Shown in pieces: positions 53,457 through 63,251 of a stretch of DNA of 64,000 nucleotides. Position 1 is the first letter of the stretch. Every line of letters starts with the position of its first letter. The DNA is from Gammaproteobacteria bacterium. Its GTDB lineage: Bacteria > Pseudomonadota > Gammaproteobacteria > Ga0077536. The DNA lies in assembly GCA_963662545.2 (NCBI GenBank), contig CAXXLL010000002.1:640001-704000 (forward strand). Direction: 5' to 3'. The position numbers were made by a program, and so were the translations under genes. Under the pieces are notes generated by a model that did no database searches, had not been told where the DNA came from, and saw nothing but the letters and a program-made list of their open reading frames with translations.

Positions 53457-53769
53457 ATCCCGAATCTGCTACCAGTCAAGCGAATAATTAAATTCGCCCA
53501 ATATCCTGGCACTGAGTGACTAAAATGGTGGCGCTGAGAAAAAATATTACGTGCTAATGCCCGGCTTTAAAATCGGCGGTTGGGGCCCATAATTGTAGTT
53601 GGGTACAAAAAGAAGAGAGGAAATTTAGCAAGTGCCAGTGCCGCCATCAGGATTGAAGTTGGCTTTACTAATTGACCATATAATGGAACCGGATAAAAAC
53701 TGGTTTATCGCGCCAGAAGGTCATTTCTGGTATTGGGTGCCAGCTGACTCTGCACTCTTTCCCCTTTTC

Positions 53770-54942
53770 TTACTCGCGCCGCAGCCGCTCCGTGACTGCA
53801 ATAGGCGTCGGGAAATTCAATACGATTAAGTAGGGAGATACGATAAAAGTGAACAGCGTGCTCGCCTGAATCAAGTACGCTGCGGTCGTACCAATCACTC
53901 CCAGCTCCGCCGCCACTACCGCAATAAGCAGCGAAAACTCACTGAGCTGGCCCAACCTCACGCCCACTTCACGCGCCAGGGCATCCGTTTCCCCAGAACG
54001 GCGGATCAGGAACGCGAAAACGAGCGGCTTGAACAACAAAGTCAGTGCCGCTAGCAGGCACGCGGGAAACACCACCACCGGTAACATGTTCAAATCGAAA
54101 CTCGCGCCCAGCGAAAAGAAAAAAATAACCAGAAAAAAGTCCCTCACTGGTTTGAGGGTCTCGGCGATAAACAACGAAACAGGGTTCGTGGCCATCGCCA
54201 CGCCGGCGATGAAGGCCCCAACCTCGGCAGACAGGCCGAGAAAGGTTGCAAGCTCAGCCATACCAAGACACCAGCCGACCATCAGTAGAAAAATGTACTC
54301 GTGGATTCCGTCAAAGCGGCGCATCAGCGGTACCAAAACGTAGCGCTGTCCGAGAAACGCAACAATGACGAGTACCGGCACGGACACCAGCAATATCAGC
54401 AGGTCAAACGTCGGAATTGCTCCGCGGCCAAAAAAACGAACGAGTAACAAGACCACGACCGCGATGAGGTCTTGCAACAAGAGCACACTGATGATGAGCT
54501 CACCCGTGCGCTGGTGATGCAATACCATGGTTGGCAGCAACTTCAGTCCGATGATGGTGCTCGAGAACATGAGCGCCGCACCCAGCACAAGACACTCAAC
54601 GAGATCGAGACCGAACAGCCAACCTACCACCGCGACGGAAAGGCCGAATACACCGCAACTGACCACCGTTATAAAAGTAGTTTGGCGCAACAGGGCGAAC
54701 AGCTTTTGGGGGTGGAGGTTAAGCCCAAGCAAAAACAGCAGGAAAATTATTCCAATATGGGCGATCTCCGTGATCACGAGCGTATTGGTCACCAGGGCGA
54801 AGCCCCAAGGGCCAAACAGGATCCCGAGCAGAATGTAGCTGACCAGTAACGCCTGACGCGCGTACAGTGCAGCGGTGGCCAGGGCCGCCGCTCCTGTGAA
54901 AATTAGGAAGATGGTGAAGAGAACCGGATCCGGGGTGGTCAT
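53770..54942 (-). CDS. Cation:proton antiporter (CPA2, KefC-like membrane domain)
   Basis: Polytopic; FSSTIIGLK, LLLQDL, GAFIAG and GQLSEFS motifs. Confidence 0.9.
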   Translation of the reverse strand: MTTPDPVLFTIFLIFTGAAALATAALYARQALLVSYILLGILFGPWGFALVTNTLVITEIAHIGIIFLLFLLGLNLHPQKLFALLRQTTFITVVSCGVFGLSVAVVGWLFGLDLVECLVLGAALMFSSTIIGLKLLPTMVLHHQRTGELIISVLLLQDLIAVVVLLLVRFFGRGAIPTFDLLILLVSVPVLVIVAFLGQRYVLVPLMRRFDGIHEYIFLLMVGWCLGMAELATFLGLSAEVGAFIAGVAMATNPVSLFIAETLKPVRDFFLVIFFFSLGASFDLNMLPVVVFPACLLAALTLLFKPLVFAFLIRRSGETDALAREVGVRLGQLSEFSLLIAVVAAELGVIGTTAAYLIQASTLFTFIVSPYLIVLNFPTPIAVTERLRRE

Positions 54943-55137
54943 GACTTCGTCGTGCGCGAACACATATGCGTAACGTCCGTCAAAGTATTCGTGATTTTGG
55001 GAGCTTTGCGGTGCAGTATATTTAACTCGCCCAACGTGACCTACCCGCATTCTTTGGTCCAGTTTTAGAGTAAGTTTACACAGCTTGATTCAGGTTTGGC
55101 ACGTCGTCCTCGGGAAGCGCGGTTTCGGGATCCGGCA

Positions 55138-55236
55138 GCCCGTGAGATGCTGGGAGGGATTTACGAGTGGTTTATAGAAGGCTTTGACACCAAAGACCTG
55201 CGAGAGGCGAAGGTGCTGTTAGAGGAATTGGAATAA
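55138..55236 (+). pseudogene. C-terminal fragment of an adenylate cyclase/AAA-TPR protein
   Basis: AREMLGGIYEWFIEGFDTKDLREAKVLLEELE*. Confidence 0.7.
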
Positions 55237-55255
55237 AGCAACCACGTTTGCCTAT

Positions 55256-55561
55256 GTCTCCTTAGGGTCTAGGCTGTCCGAAAACTAATTTCGATTTTGG
55301 AAAGTGGGGTATGCGTTATCCAATTTGATCAATTTGCGCAGTGTGGTCCCTAATTTATCTGCTATGGGGACAACAAGTGGGGAAACTTTTCGTCGCGTAA
55401 CGATTTTTCGGAGTTTTCGGACAGCCTGGGTCGTCAGCGGCCTGATCGCGGCAGTGCAGCGCTAGAGACGGTTACGTCTGCAATGCGCTCGTAAGCGTTC
55501 GTCCAGCAGCGTTCGGCGGACCGTTAACCAAGGAGTTCGGCTCCCAGCCAACAGCGGTCAT
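55256..55561 (+). repeat. Tri-modular repeat R17 containing MITE-B copy 3
   Basis: GGTC at 55266 and 55429; AGCC 55546. Confidence 0.9.
55270..55428. mobile_element. MITE-B copy 3 (159 bp)
   Basis: Nearly identical to 37052-37210; GGTC TSD. Confidence 0.9.
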
Positions 55562-55626
55562 CGGGAACGGGCAAAAGGCAGGATCTGGCCTCGCAGGCGC
55601 GGATACCAGTCGCGTGAGCCCCTGTA

Positions 55627-57555
55627 TCAGGATTGATCGGTCGTGGCCATCGTCGGAAATCGCACGGTCGCGCCTGGCGTGACCTTGTGCAAATCAAGCC
55701 CCGGGTTGTACTGCCGGAACAGCCATACGGGCACATCGTATTGCCTCAGCGACAGTATCCATATTGACTCGCCCGATCGAATCGTGTGTTCCGTCACACC
55801 AGTTATCACGTTTTTGCGGAAGAAGCTGTCCTGCTGTGTACGGTGATACGCCTCGCGAAGAACCTCGAAGCCTTGCACGTCGACATCGTTGAATTCGAGC
55901 CTGATGCGCTGACCAACCTCCATAGGAGTGCGGAATTTAAGTCCGTTGATGTCACGCAGCCGTTGCGTGCGAATTCCGAGCCAATCCGCATAATGACCAA
56001 GAGTCTCGAGTGGCTGTATTTCGATCGTGTTGTCCTCGGCAACGCTGTAGTCGCTGGGGTCGGACAACAACGAGGTCTGTATCGTCTCCATGAGGCTCGA
56101 CACTAGGTCGCTCACCAGAGCCGTGGGATCAAGCTCCTCGACCTCGGGTTCTTCAGGCCCTGCCTTGGCGGCGCTGGCAACGACAACTGGCTCGGGGGCC
56201 TCAGCCGTCGCTGGCGCGCTCGCGACAGGCGCCGGACCTGCACCGGGCAATCGCAGCCGTTGCCCCCCCCTGATTCGGTGCTGACTGCTAAGTCCGTTCA
56301 GCGCGACGAGCGTCGAGACGCGCGTGCTGTATCTCTCAGCGATTTCCGAGAGAGTGTCGCCACGCGCGACCGTATGAAAGAGATCGGGTAACTGCGCGTT
56401 GTGCCAGCTGTCGGCAGGAACACTGGCAACGAGCTCATCGATCGACCCATTGATCATTCTCCCGGGCATGAGCACATTGAAACCGCGCGGCACGTGTTTG
56501 CTGCCTTGCCAGACTGTCGGCTGCAGGGCCGGATTGTGTTTCTTTATCTGTGTTTGAGTGACGCCGAGGGCCTGTGCAAGGTCGCTCGCCGGCACGAACC
56601 CCGGAAGCTTCGCCTCAGCATAAACAGTCGGCGTGTCACGAACGATGCCGGGAAAATAGTTGTCTGAATTCTGATCGACTTCTTTCGCCGCAAGAAACTC
56701 TGCGTAGAAATTGCGGGATGCAAAACCGAAAGTGCGACCATTGTAGTTGCGTAGTATGTCTACGTAGGCCGTGTCGCCGTGACGACGCATGGCGCGACGG
56801 ACGCCAGACAAGCCATGGTTGTAGGCCGTGATTGCCATCGGCCAGTTGCCGGTAATCGAATAGTTGTAAGCCAGGAGCTTGCCTGCGCCGCGGGTTGCCT
56901 CGAACGGGTCATTTCGGTCGTCGATAACGTGGTTGACGCGCATGTATCGACGCGCCGTACTGCGCGTGAACTGCCAGATGCCGGAGGCGCCGACGTGCGA
57001 TCGTGCGTCGGGATTGTAGGAAGACTCAACGTGCGGCAGCGCCGCAAGTTCGACCGGAACACCCAGCGCGGTGAATTCGGACTCAATGAAATCACGCCAG
57101 CGACCGGAGCGCTTGAGACCCTCCTGGAATCGGTCCGAGAGACCTTGTTGATAACGAATGCGGCCCGCAGCGGCCTTGAGTGTCGCGTTGTCGACATCAG
57201 CCGGCCATAGCGCGAGTATGCGCGCTTCTTCCGCAGTCAGGTTGTCACCTATGCCGTTTGCCAGTGATCGCAGCACCGCGGTGAGGGCATCGCGGCGCTT
57301 ATCAACCCGTCGGTTGCGCTCGCGGCGGCTGAGATTCGTCGGTATATCGATGCGCCCGTAGATGACGCCGAGATGACGATTATCGTGCAGCACTCCCTCG
57401 TCACTGTCATACCGCGCGAATATCGAGACCCAGAAATTGACGTCGGGCTGTAATTCCGGGGGAAAAGGGAAGGTCTCTCCTGCATTGGAAGACGCGCCGG
57501 GAAGCACTAGGAGTAGTAGTAGCCCCGCGAGCCAATATCGACTTTTTCTTGCCAT
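55627..57555 (-). CDS. Lytic transglycosylase (MltD-like SLT) with LysM domains
   Basis: LPHVESSY, GIWQF and AYNHG motifs; LysM HTVARGDTLSEIA. Confidence 0.9.
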   Translation of the reverse strand: MARKSRYWLAGLLLLLVLPGASSNAGETFPFPPELQPDVNFWVSIFARYDSDEGVLHDNRHLGVIYGRIDIPTNLSRRERNRRVDKRRDALTAVLRSLANGIGDNLTAEEARILALWPADVDNATLKAAAGRIRYQQGLSDRFQEGLKRSGRWRDFIESEFTALGVPVELAALPHVESSYNPDARSHVGASGIWQFTRSTARRYMRVNHVIDDRNDPFEATRGAGKLLAYNYSITGNWPMAITAYNHGLSGVRRAMRRHGDTAYVDILRNYNGRTFGFASRNFYAEFLAAKEVDQNSDNYFPGIVRDTPTVYAEAKLPGFVPASDLAQALGVTQTQIKKHNPALQPTVWQGSKHVPRGFNVLMPGRMINGSIDELVASVPADSWHNAQLPDLFHTVARGDTLSEIAERYSTRVSTLVALNGLSSQHRIRGGQRLRLPGAGPAPVASAPATAEAPEPVVVASAAKAGPEEPEVEELDPTALVSDLVSSLMETIQTSLLSDPSDYSVAEDNTIEIQPLETLGHYADWLGIRTQRLRDINGLKFRTPMEVGQRIRLEFNDVDVQGFEVLREAYHRTQQDSFFRKNVITGVTEHTIRSGESIWILSLRQYDVPVWLFRQYNPGLDLHKVTPGATVRFPTMATTDQS

Positions 57556-57798
57556 TTTTTTCAACAGAATATCTGACTCTCGTGGAAAAGTTGTTGTCCT
57601 CCCCAGATTGTCCGCCTCCACTGCACGAAATGCTGCCATGGTATATGCCAGACGACCTAGCAGGCCAAGCCGAATAGCAGTTCGCCAATGCGAATGACAC
57701 CACTCAGGTTAACAAATGCGCTCCAGCCGACACTTGACTGCGTCCTTCCTTCGCTACCGATCCGGTGGGTGAAATACGCCTAGTAATCTGTCCTCGAT

Positions 57799-57942
57799 GA
57801 CCGCTTCGGGTCGTCAGCGGCCTTGTCGCGGCAGCGCATCACTGTTCTAGATTAGGTCTGTAATGCTCTCCATAGCGGTCGGCGAGTCGCCTTAATGGCG
57901 GCTACGGATGAGCGGTTCGGCTCTAAGCCAAGAGGACGACAT
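57799..57942 (+). repeat. Tri-modular repeat R18
   Basis: GGGTC 57808, AGCC 57926. Confidence 0.9.
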
Positions 57943-57951
57943 TCCTTGATA

Positions 57952-59648
57952 GTGTCCGTCCATAAACAGGCATTTTCTTCGATGGGCACGGAGAAATCGA
58001 GGTGTTGAAAGTAGGTTGTTGGAGCGGTAGCGGCGGTTCGGTGGGGGTCGAAGGGCTCTTCGAGCGTAATTGTGAGTACGTTCGCCGGCCGCAGAGCGCT
58101 GCAACCCAAAGTCGCCCGTTCGACGATATCGAGGAGGTCAGTTAGTGCGAGTGAACGTCGCTATTCGAGTTGATAGCGCGCGAGCAGGCTGAGGTTGTAG
58201 GCGACCACAGAAGACCACACGTAGGCTTCGAAGTGCGGCAGGCTCTTCCAGGTGCAACGTGCCAATCCGTATGCACGCTTCAGGCAGGAGATACCGGCCT
58301 CGATGCCGGCGCGGAAGTTGCGCAAGCGTCGATAGACCCACTGACTCTTGACCATGTCGGCGATCGCGAGCCCGCGCTTCTTGTGGAAGGCAACGTCTTC
58401 GATGCCTTCTGCTTTCGCCGCCCGGAGATTGTCGAGGCTCGCATAGCCGCCATCGGCGGCGACCTGTCGTGGCATCGTCCCGTAGTGTGTTCGATGCCGT
58501 TCGAGCATCGGCATGAAGCGCTGACTATCGACCGGATTGCCTCGCTCGATGACCACGTCGAGGATGAGGCCACTGCGCCCCGAAGCCAGATTGATTTTGT
58601 GTCCGTACTGAACGTCGCGCGCACCCTTTATGATGATGTCGGTATGCGGCTCGAACAAGCTCACGCACTTCTCGCTCGCGGGGACCTTCTCACCGCCGAA
58701 CACCCGCCGCTCAGTTTGCGAAATCACCTGCAGAACAAGTGTTTCGTAGTGCGCTACCTGCGCTAGCCAGTCCGGCAGTTCAACGCCGGTGACGCCCGGG
58801 CTCAGCAGCTGCTCACGTACCCTCGCTACCGCTTCCAAGGTTGAACGCGTCGCCCCAATCAAATCGCGATACAGACGTTGGCGTTGCTTCGCACCACGCG
58901 CATACCACAGCGCCCGCGCACGCTTCTTCGCCAATCGAGTGTGGTTCACGAAGCACAACTCCGGCGCGCCAGGCAACTCGCGCGCCTGTGCGAGCAGACG
59001 AACCACAACACGCACGCCATCCCACAGCAGATGACTGTCGCTCGGCGCGTGGATGGCACTGTCCGTTACCGTGCTATCAATCCGTACACGCTGTGCCGGC
59101 TCAATGCGCGTCTCTTTCGCCGTCGCCAGCAGGGCGCGATGAATAGACTCCCACGTCGATACCTGGATCGCCGAGACCACCCGCTGTAAGGCAGACTTCT
59201 TCGGACGTTCATTACCCGGCAACCGGGCGAAGGCCTGAAAGCTCGCCGAGTCCTGCAGGTGAAAGGCCAGCTCCTCGTAACTCAATTGCCGGTGCTGCTT
59301 GAGCACCGCGCAGCGCAGCACCGACTCCGCCGACAGTCCGCGTCGACCGGTGGGCTTCAAACCCCGCCGACACAGATCGTTCATGACCGGCGTGAGGACC
59401 TTGGGGTGAGCATCGAGCCACTCGGACATGCCCTGCAGCTCTCGCCCCAGGTCATGGTCAGCAAACAGCTCGTATATACTCGCTTGGGCCGTGCGTTTCT
59501 GACGCATTCCCCCTCCTGTGGTGTCGATGATTGTGTGGAAAATCAGAGGTTTGAAGTTCCATTAGATCACGACCCACCGGAGGTTTCGATCCCTTAAGCG
59601 ACAAATTTTCCTTTTTATTTCAACCGCATCGCGTTTAGGGATGCACAC
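57952..59648 (-). mobile_element. ISNCY/IS5-like element (transposase 58161-59507)
   Basis: IRs GTGTCCGTCCATAAAC / GTTTAGGGATGCACAC; TTGATA duplicated; RIDSTV, ADGGY and FRAGIEAGIS motifs. Confidence 0.88.
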
Positions 59649-59705
59649 TTGATAGCGGTCGTACGGTTATCCTATCCCTTCAATCAGCAACGGAAGGTAT
59701 TGACT

Positions 59706-60242
59706 ATGAACTGGAACGTTGCGGGAGCGATTGGTGAAGTAGTCGGGGCGGCCGCAGTCGTAATTTCCGTCATGTACCTGGCGGTTCAGATTCGCAAACA
59801 GACCGAGGAATACAGATTATCTGCTACACGCGAAATTGCCGCTCAATTCATGGACGGTTTGAAGGTTCCCATAGCCGATGAGGGTCTGTGCGAGATATAT
59901 CTGAAAGGTATCCAAAATTACAAATCGCTGCCGGAAGCAAAACGGTTAAGGATCAGTCTACTATTTCAGCATCAGATAAGAGTTATGGAGCTGCAATACT
60001 TTCACAGTAAAAAAAGGAATATTGATGCTTCATTTTTGGACTCAATAAATCGCACTTTATCCGAAATTTTGAGCTTTCCCGGCGTACAACAATGGTGGGA
60101 AACGACACACTACAGCTTTGAAGACGGGTTTCAACAACACATAGAACATTTGCTCTCGGAATCCAAAACCAAGTCGTATCCAAGTACATTCAGTACAAAG
60201 AAGAAGGCGCAAACTAATAGCGTGGGCGAGTTCGACACTTGA
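59706..60242 (+). CDS. Hypothetical protein with N-terminal TM helix (homolog of 30861-31379)
   Basis: MNWNVAGAIGEVVGAAAVVISVMYLAVQIR...PGVQQWW; lower GC. Confidence 0.75.
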   Translation: MNWNVAGAIGEVVGAAAVVISVMYLAVQIRKQTEEYRLSATREIAAQFMDGLKVPIADEGLCEIYLKGIQNYKSLPEAKRLRISLLFQHQIRVMELQYFHSKKRNIDASFLDSINRTLSEILSFPGVQQWWETTHYSFEDGFQQHIEHLLSESKTKSYPSTFSTKKKAQTNSVGEFDT

Positions 60243-60306
60243 TTGCGACCCAGGTCAAAACGCCTTTTATCGAATGAAAAGGATGCTGAGTAACGCAGCG
60301 CAACAA

Positions 60307-62138
60307 GTCCGCTGTGGGTCCAGAGTGTGTGAAAACTCTGCATCAGATAAGATCACTCTTTCGGTCCTGGGGAGTCGTTGATGAGCGGGTTCATTGAAGG
60401 CGCGGACCGCCGCCAAACAACGCTGTTTCCCGAGTGTCTGGACGATTATGTCGCTGAGGAGAGTGCGGTGCGGGTCATCGATGTGTTCGTCGATGAGTTG
60501 GATCTGTCAGGTCTGAGTTTCAGAACCGATGCGCATGAGACGGGTCGACCGGGGTATCACCCGGCGACGATGCTGAAGCTCTATATCTACGGTTACCTGA
60601 ACCGGGTTCAATCGAGCCGTCGCCTGGAACGGGAGGCGCAGCGGAACGTGGAACTGATGTGGCTGACGGGTCGTCTGGCGCCTGATTTCAAGACCATTGC
60701 CGATTTCCGCAAAGATAACGGTGACGCCATTCGTCTGGTATGCCGGGAGTTCGTGATGCTGTGCCGTAAGCTGCAGCTGTTTTCGGAAGCCTTCGTGGCG
60801 ATAGATGGCAGCAAGTTCAAAGCGGTAAACAACCGTGACCGGAACTTCACGAAGGCGAAGCTGAAACGTCGGTTGCAGCAGATTGACGAGAGCGTTGAGC
60901 GGTACCTGGCGGAAATTGCAAGTGCCGACCGCCAGGAGCGTGCGGTGTCAGGTGACAAGTCGCAGCGTTTGAAGGACAAGATCGAGGTACTGAAGGAAGA
61001 GATAGGCCGCCTAAAAAAGCTCGAGGTACGGCTCGAGGAGACGCCGGACCATCAGGTCTCACTGACGGACCCGGACGCGCGCTCGATGGCGACGAGCGGC
61101 CGTGGCAGCGGCATGGTGGGGTACAACGTGCAGACGGCGGTCGACACGAAGAGTCATCTGATTGTGGCACATGAAGTGACGAACGTAGGTCATGACCGGG
61201 CGCAACTGTCGAACATGTCGGAGAAAGCCAAAGAGGCGCTGGATAAGAAGGAGTTGACCGTCGTTGCGGATCGCGGGTACTTCAGTGGCGAAGAGATCTT
61301 GGCGTGCGCTAAAGCCGGCATCACGACCTATCTGCCGAAACCGCAGACCTCGGGTAACCAGGCGAAGGGCTTGTTTGGCAAGCGCGACTTCATTTACCAA
61401 CCCGAAGAGGATGCGTATGAATGCCCGGCCGGTGAGCGACTGATTTACCGGTTCACCCGAGTGGAGAAAGGCAAGCAGATCCGGCGCTACTGGAGTTCGG
61501 CGTGTCCCCGCTGCCCGATCAAATCTAAATGCACAACGGGTCGATACCGGCGCGTCAGCCGTTGGGAACATGAAGCGGTTGTTGAAGCGGTGCAGGCGCG
61601 ATTGGATCGTGAACCTGACCCTATGCGTGTCCGCCGAGAGACGGTCGAGCATCCATTTGGCACGATCAAATCCTGGATGGGTTCGACCCACTTCCAGATG
61701 CGCACGCTGAAACACGTTGGTACGGAAATGAGTCTGCACGTGCTCGCTTACAACATGAAACGCGTGATGAATCTACTGGGTGTCGCTACGCTCATCGAAG
61801 CGATGACGGCATGAGACCCTCTGTGGCCTCGAAAACTCCCTGATCCACGGCTTCACTGCCGGCTTCTGGGGCCGTTCTAAGGAATGTTCCATTAACTAAC
61901 CGATCGCATTGGACCGCGAGCGCGGCCGTCGTAACCGCGCCGCGTTGCGTCTGACGAGGAGTTCTCGACGTGATTCCTCTTCATTCCGAGTTTTCACACA
62001 CTCTGGGTCGATAGCCGCCTCATCGGGGCAGGGCAGCACCACCAAGCGACACGTCTGGATTACTTTCGAAAGCGGCCATCCTGCTTCTGTTGGCATCACC
62101 TCTGAGGGTGACTTCGGCTCTCGGCCAAGTGCCGTCGT
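60307..62138 (+). repeat. Tri-modular repeat R19 split by IS1182 (60307-60320 + 62006-62138)
   Basis: GGTC duplicated; GGCC 62123. Confidence 0.88.
60321..62005 (+). mobile_element. IS1182-family element (1685 bp), copy 2
   Basis: Same IRs and identical protein to 47177-48861; CDS 60381-61814. Confidence 0.93.
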
Positions 62139-62400
62139 TCAATGTGGCGACACATAACAACAGCTTACGGATCAGAAAACGGTCGTTCGTGCAACGTGCC
62201 TCATAATGCCTGGTTGACGCATTCCGGACCTTGTGCGATTTTCCTCCGGAGGTGCTTCCATTTACTCGGCCGGTCGTCAAAATTTGTAGCACTGGCCTTT
62301 GAAGGGGCGTCAAATCGGGAATGTTGGCTGAACGGCGTCGTCACGTTGATCGCCTAAAGCTCGCGCTTGAACTTCACAGTCAAATTCTTATTTGAGTCAC

Positions 62401-62926
62401 ATGAACGAGCAGATCCATTACGCAAGCGGAATCCTGACCCTGCTCATCGAATCGCTCGCCAGTGCGCTACCCGGAATCTTCGCCGGCCTGGTCGTCATCG
62501 TTGCCTTTTTCATCGCCGCCGTCATGAGCCGCAAGCTGTTGCGCCGTTTGTCGGCGCGGGTCGAGGCCGACAAGCGCCCGCTAGTAGAGCTAGCCGGCGA
62601 GACACTGTTCTATGTCGTGATCGCCATCGGCCTGGTCACGGGTCTCGGCACGATGGGAATCGATGTCTCCGCGCTGATCGCCGGCTTGGGCTTGACTGGC
62701 TTCGCGCTCGGTTTCGCCCTGCGCGACGCGGTCTCCAATTTGATCGCCGGCGTGCTAATCCTGCTGTATCAGCCCTTCGGTTACGGTGACAAGATCACGG
62801 TGGGCGGCAATAGCGGCACGGTGATTGGCATTAACCCGCTACACGGTTCTGGAAGCCGATGGCGGGACCGTCGTCCACGTGCCCAACAGCACTATGTTCA
62901 GCAATAGCGTCACGGTCGAGGCGTGA
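62401..62926 (+). pseudogene. Small mechanosensitive channel (MscS family), frameshifted near 62836
   Basis: GFALGFALRDAVSNLIAG, PFGYGD; the alternate frame continues RYTVLE...VHVPNSTMF. Confidence 0.8.
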
Positions 62927-62998
62927 ACCGGAGATAGCGCCGTATAAAACGGTGTGGCGGCCAACCTTTGACTGCGCCCTTCCTTCGATGCCGCTGAT

Positions 62999-63130
62999 GT
63001 CCATTATTGGGTCGTTAGCCGCCGCCTCGCGGCAGTGCAGCACAGCTCTAGATTACGTCTGCAATGCGCTCCATAGCGGTCGTCCAGTAGCGTTCGGTGG
63101 CGTGAACATCACGAGGGGCGGCTCTCGGCC
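62999..63130 (+). repeat. Tri-modular repeat R20
   Basis: GGGTC 63009, GGCC 63127. Confidence 0.92.
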
Positions 63131-63190
63131 GGCGGACAATAAGGTCGGCTGACAAGACATTGCCGTTGCCGTTGCAAAGGAGTTGTGACG

Positions 63191-63247
63191 ATGCCACGAA
63201 GACCACGGATGAACCTGCCGGGTGTGCCCGTGCATGTCGTTTAGCGA
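63191..63247 (+). pseudogene. N-terminal remnant of a RAYT/IS200-like Y1 HUH transposase
   Basis: AAGGAG RBS then MPRRPRMNLPGVPVHVV*R (expected HVVQRG). Confidence 0.6.
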
Positions 63248-63251
63248 TAAA

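Noticed and set aside
15787-63130. Repeat array as CRISPR
   Set aside because: Repeats are ~140 bp, divergent and separated by kilobases of genes; no cas genes are visible.
15787-63130. Repeat array as a classical integron or CALIN
   Set aside because: No intI; the repeats lack RYYYAAC...GTTRRRY ends and a single long palindrome; cargo occurs in both orientations and includes multi-gene pieces.
15835-63152. Short ORFs overlapping the repeats and MITEs (e.g. 15835-16017, 21157-21351, 24002-24295, 32152-32478, 57852-58109, 62859-63152)
   Set aside because: Translations of the repeat in inconsistent frames and strands; no conserved ORF across copies.
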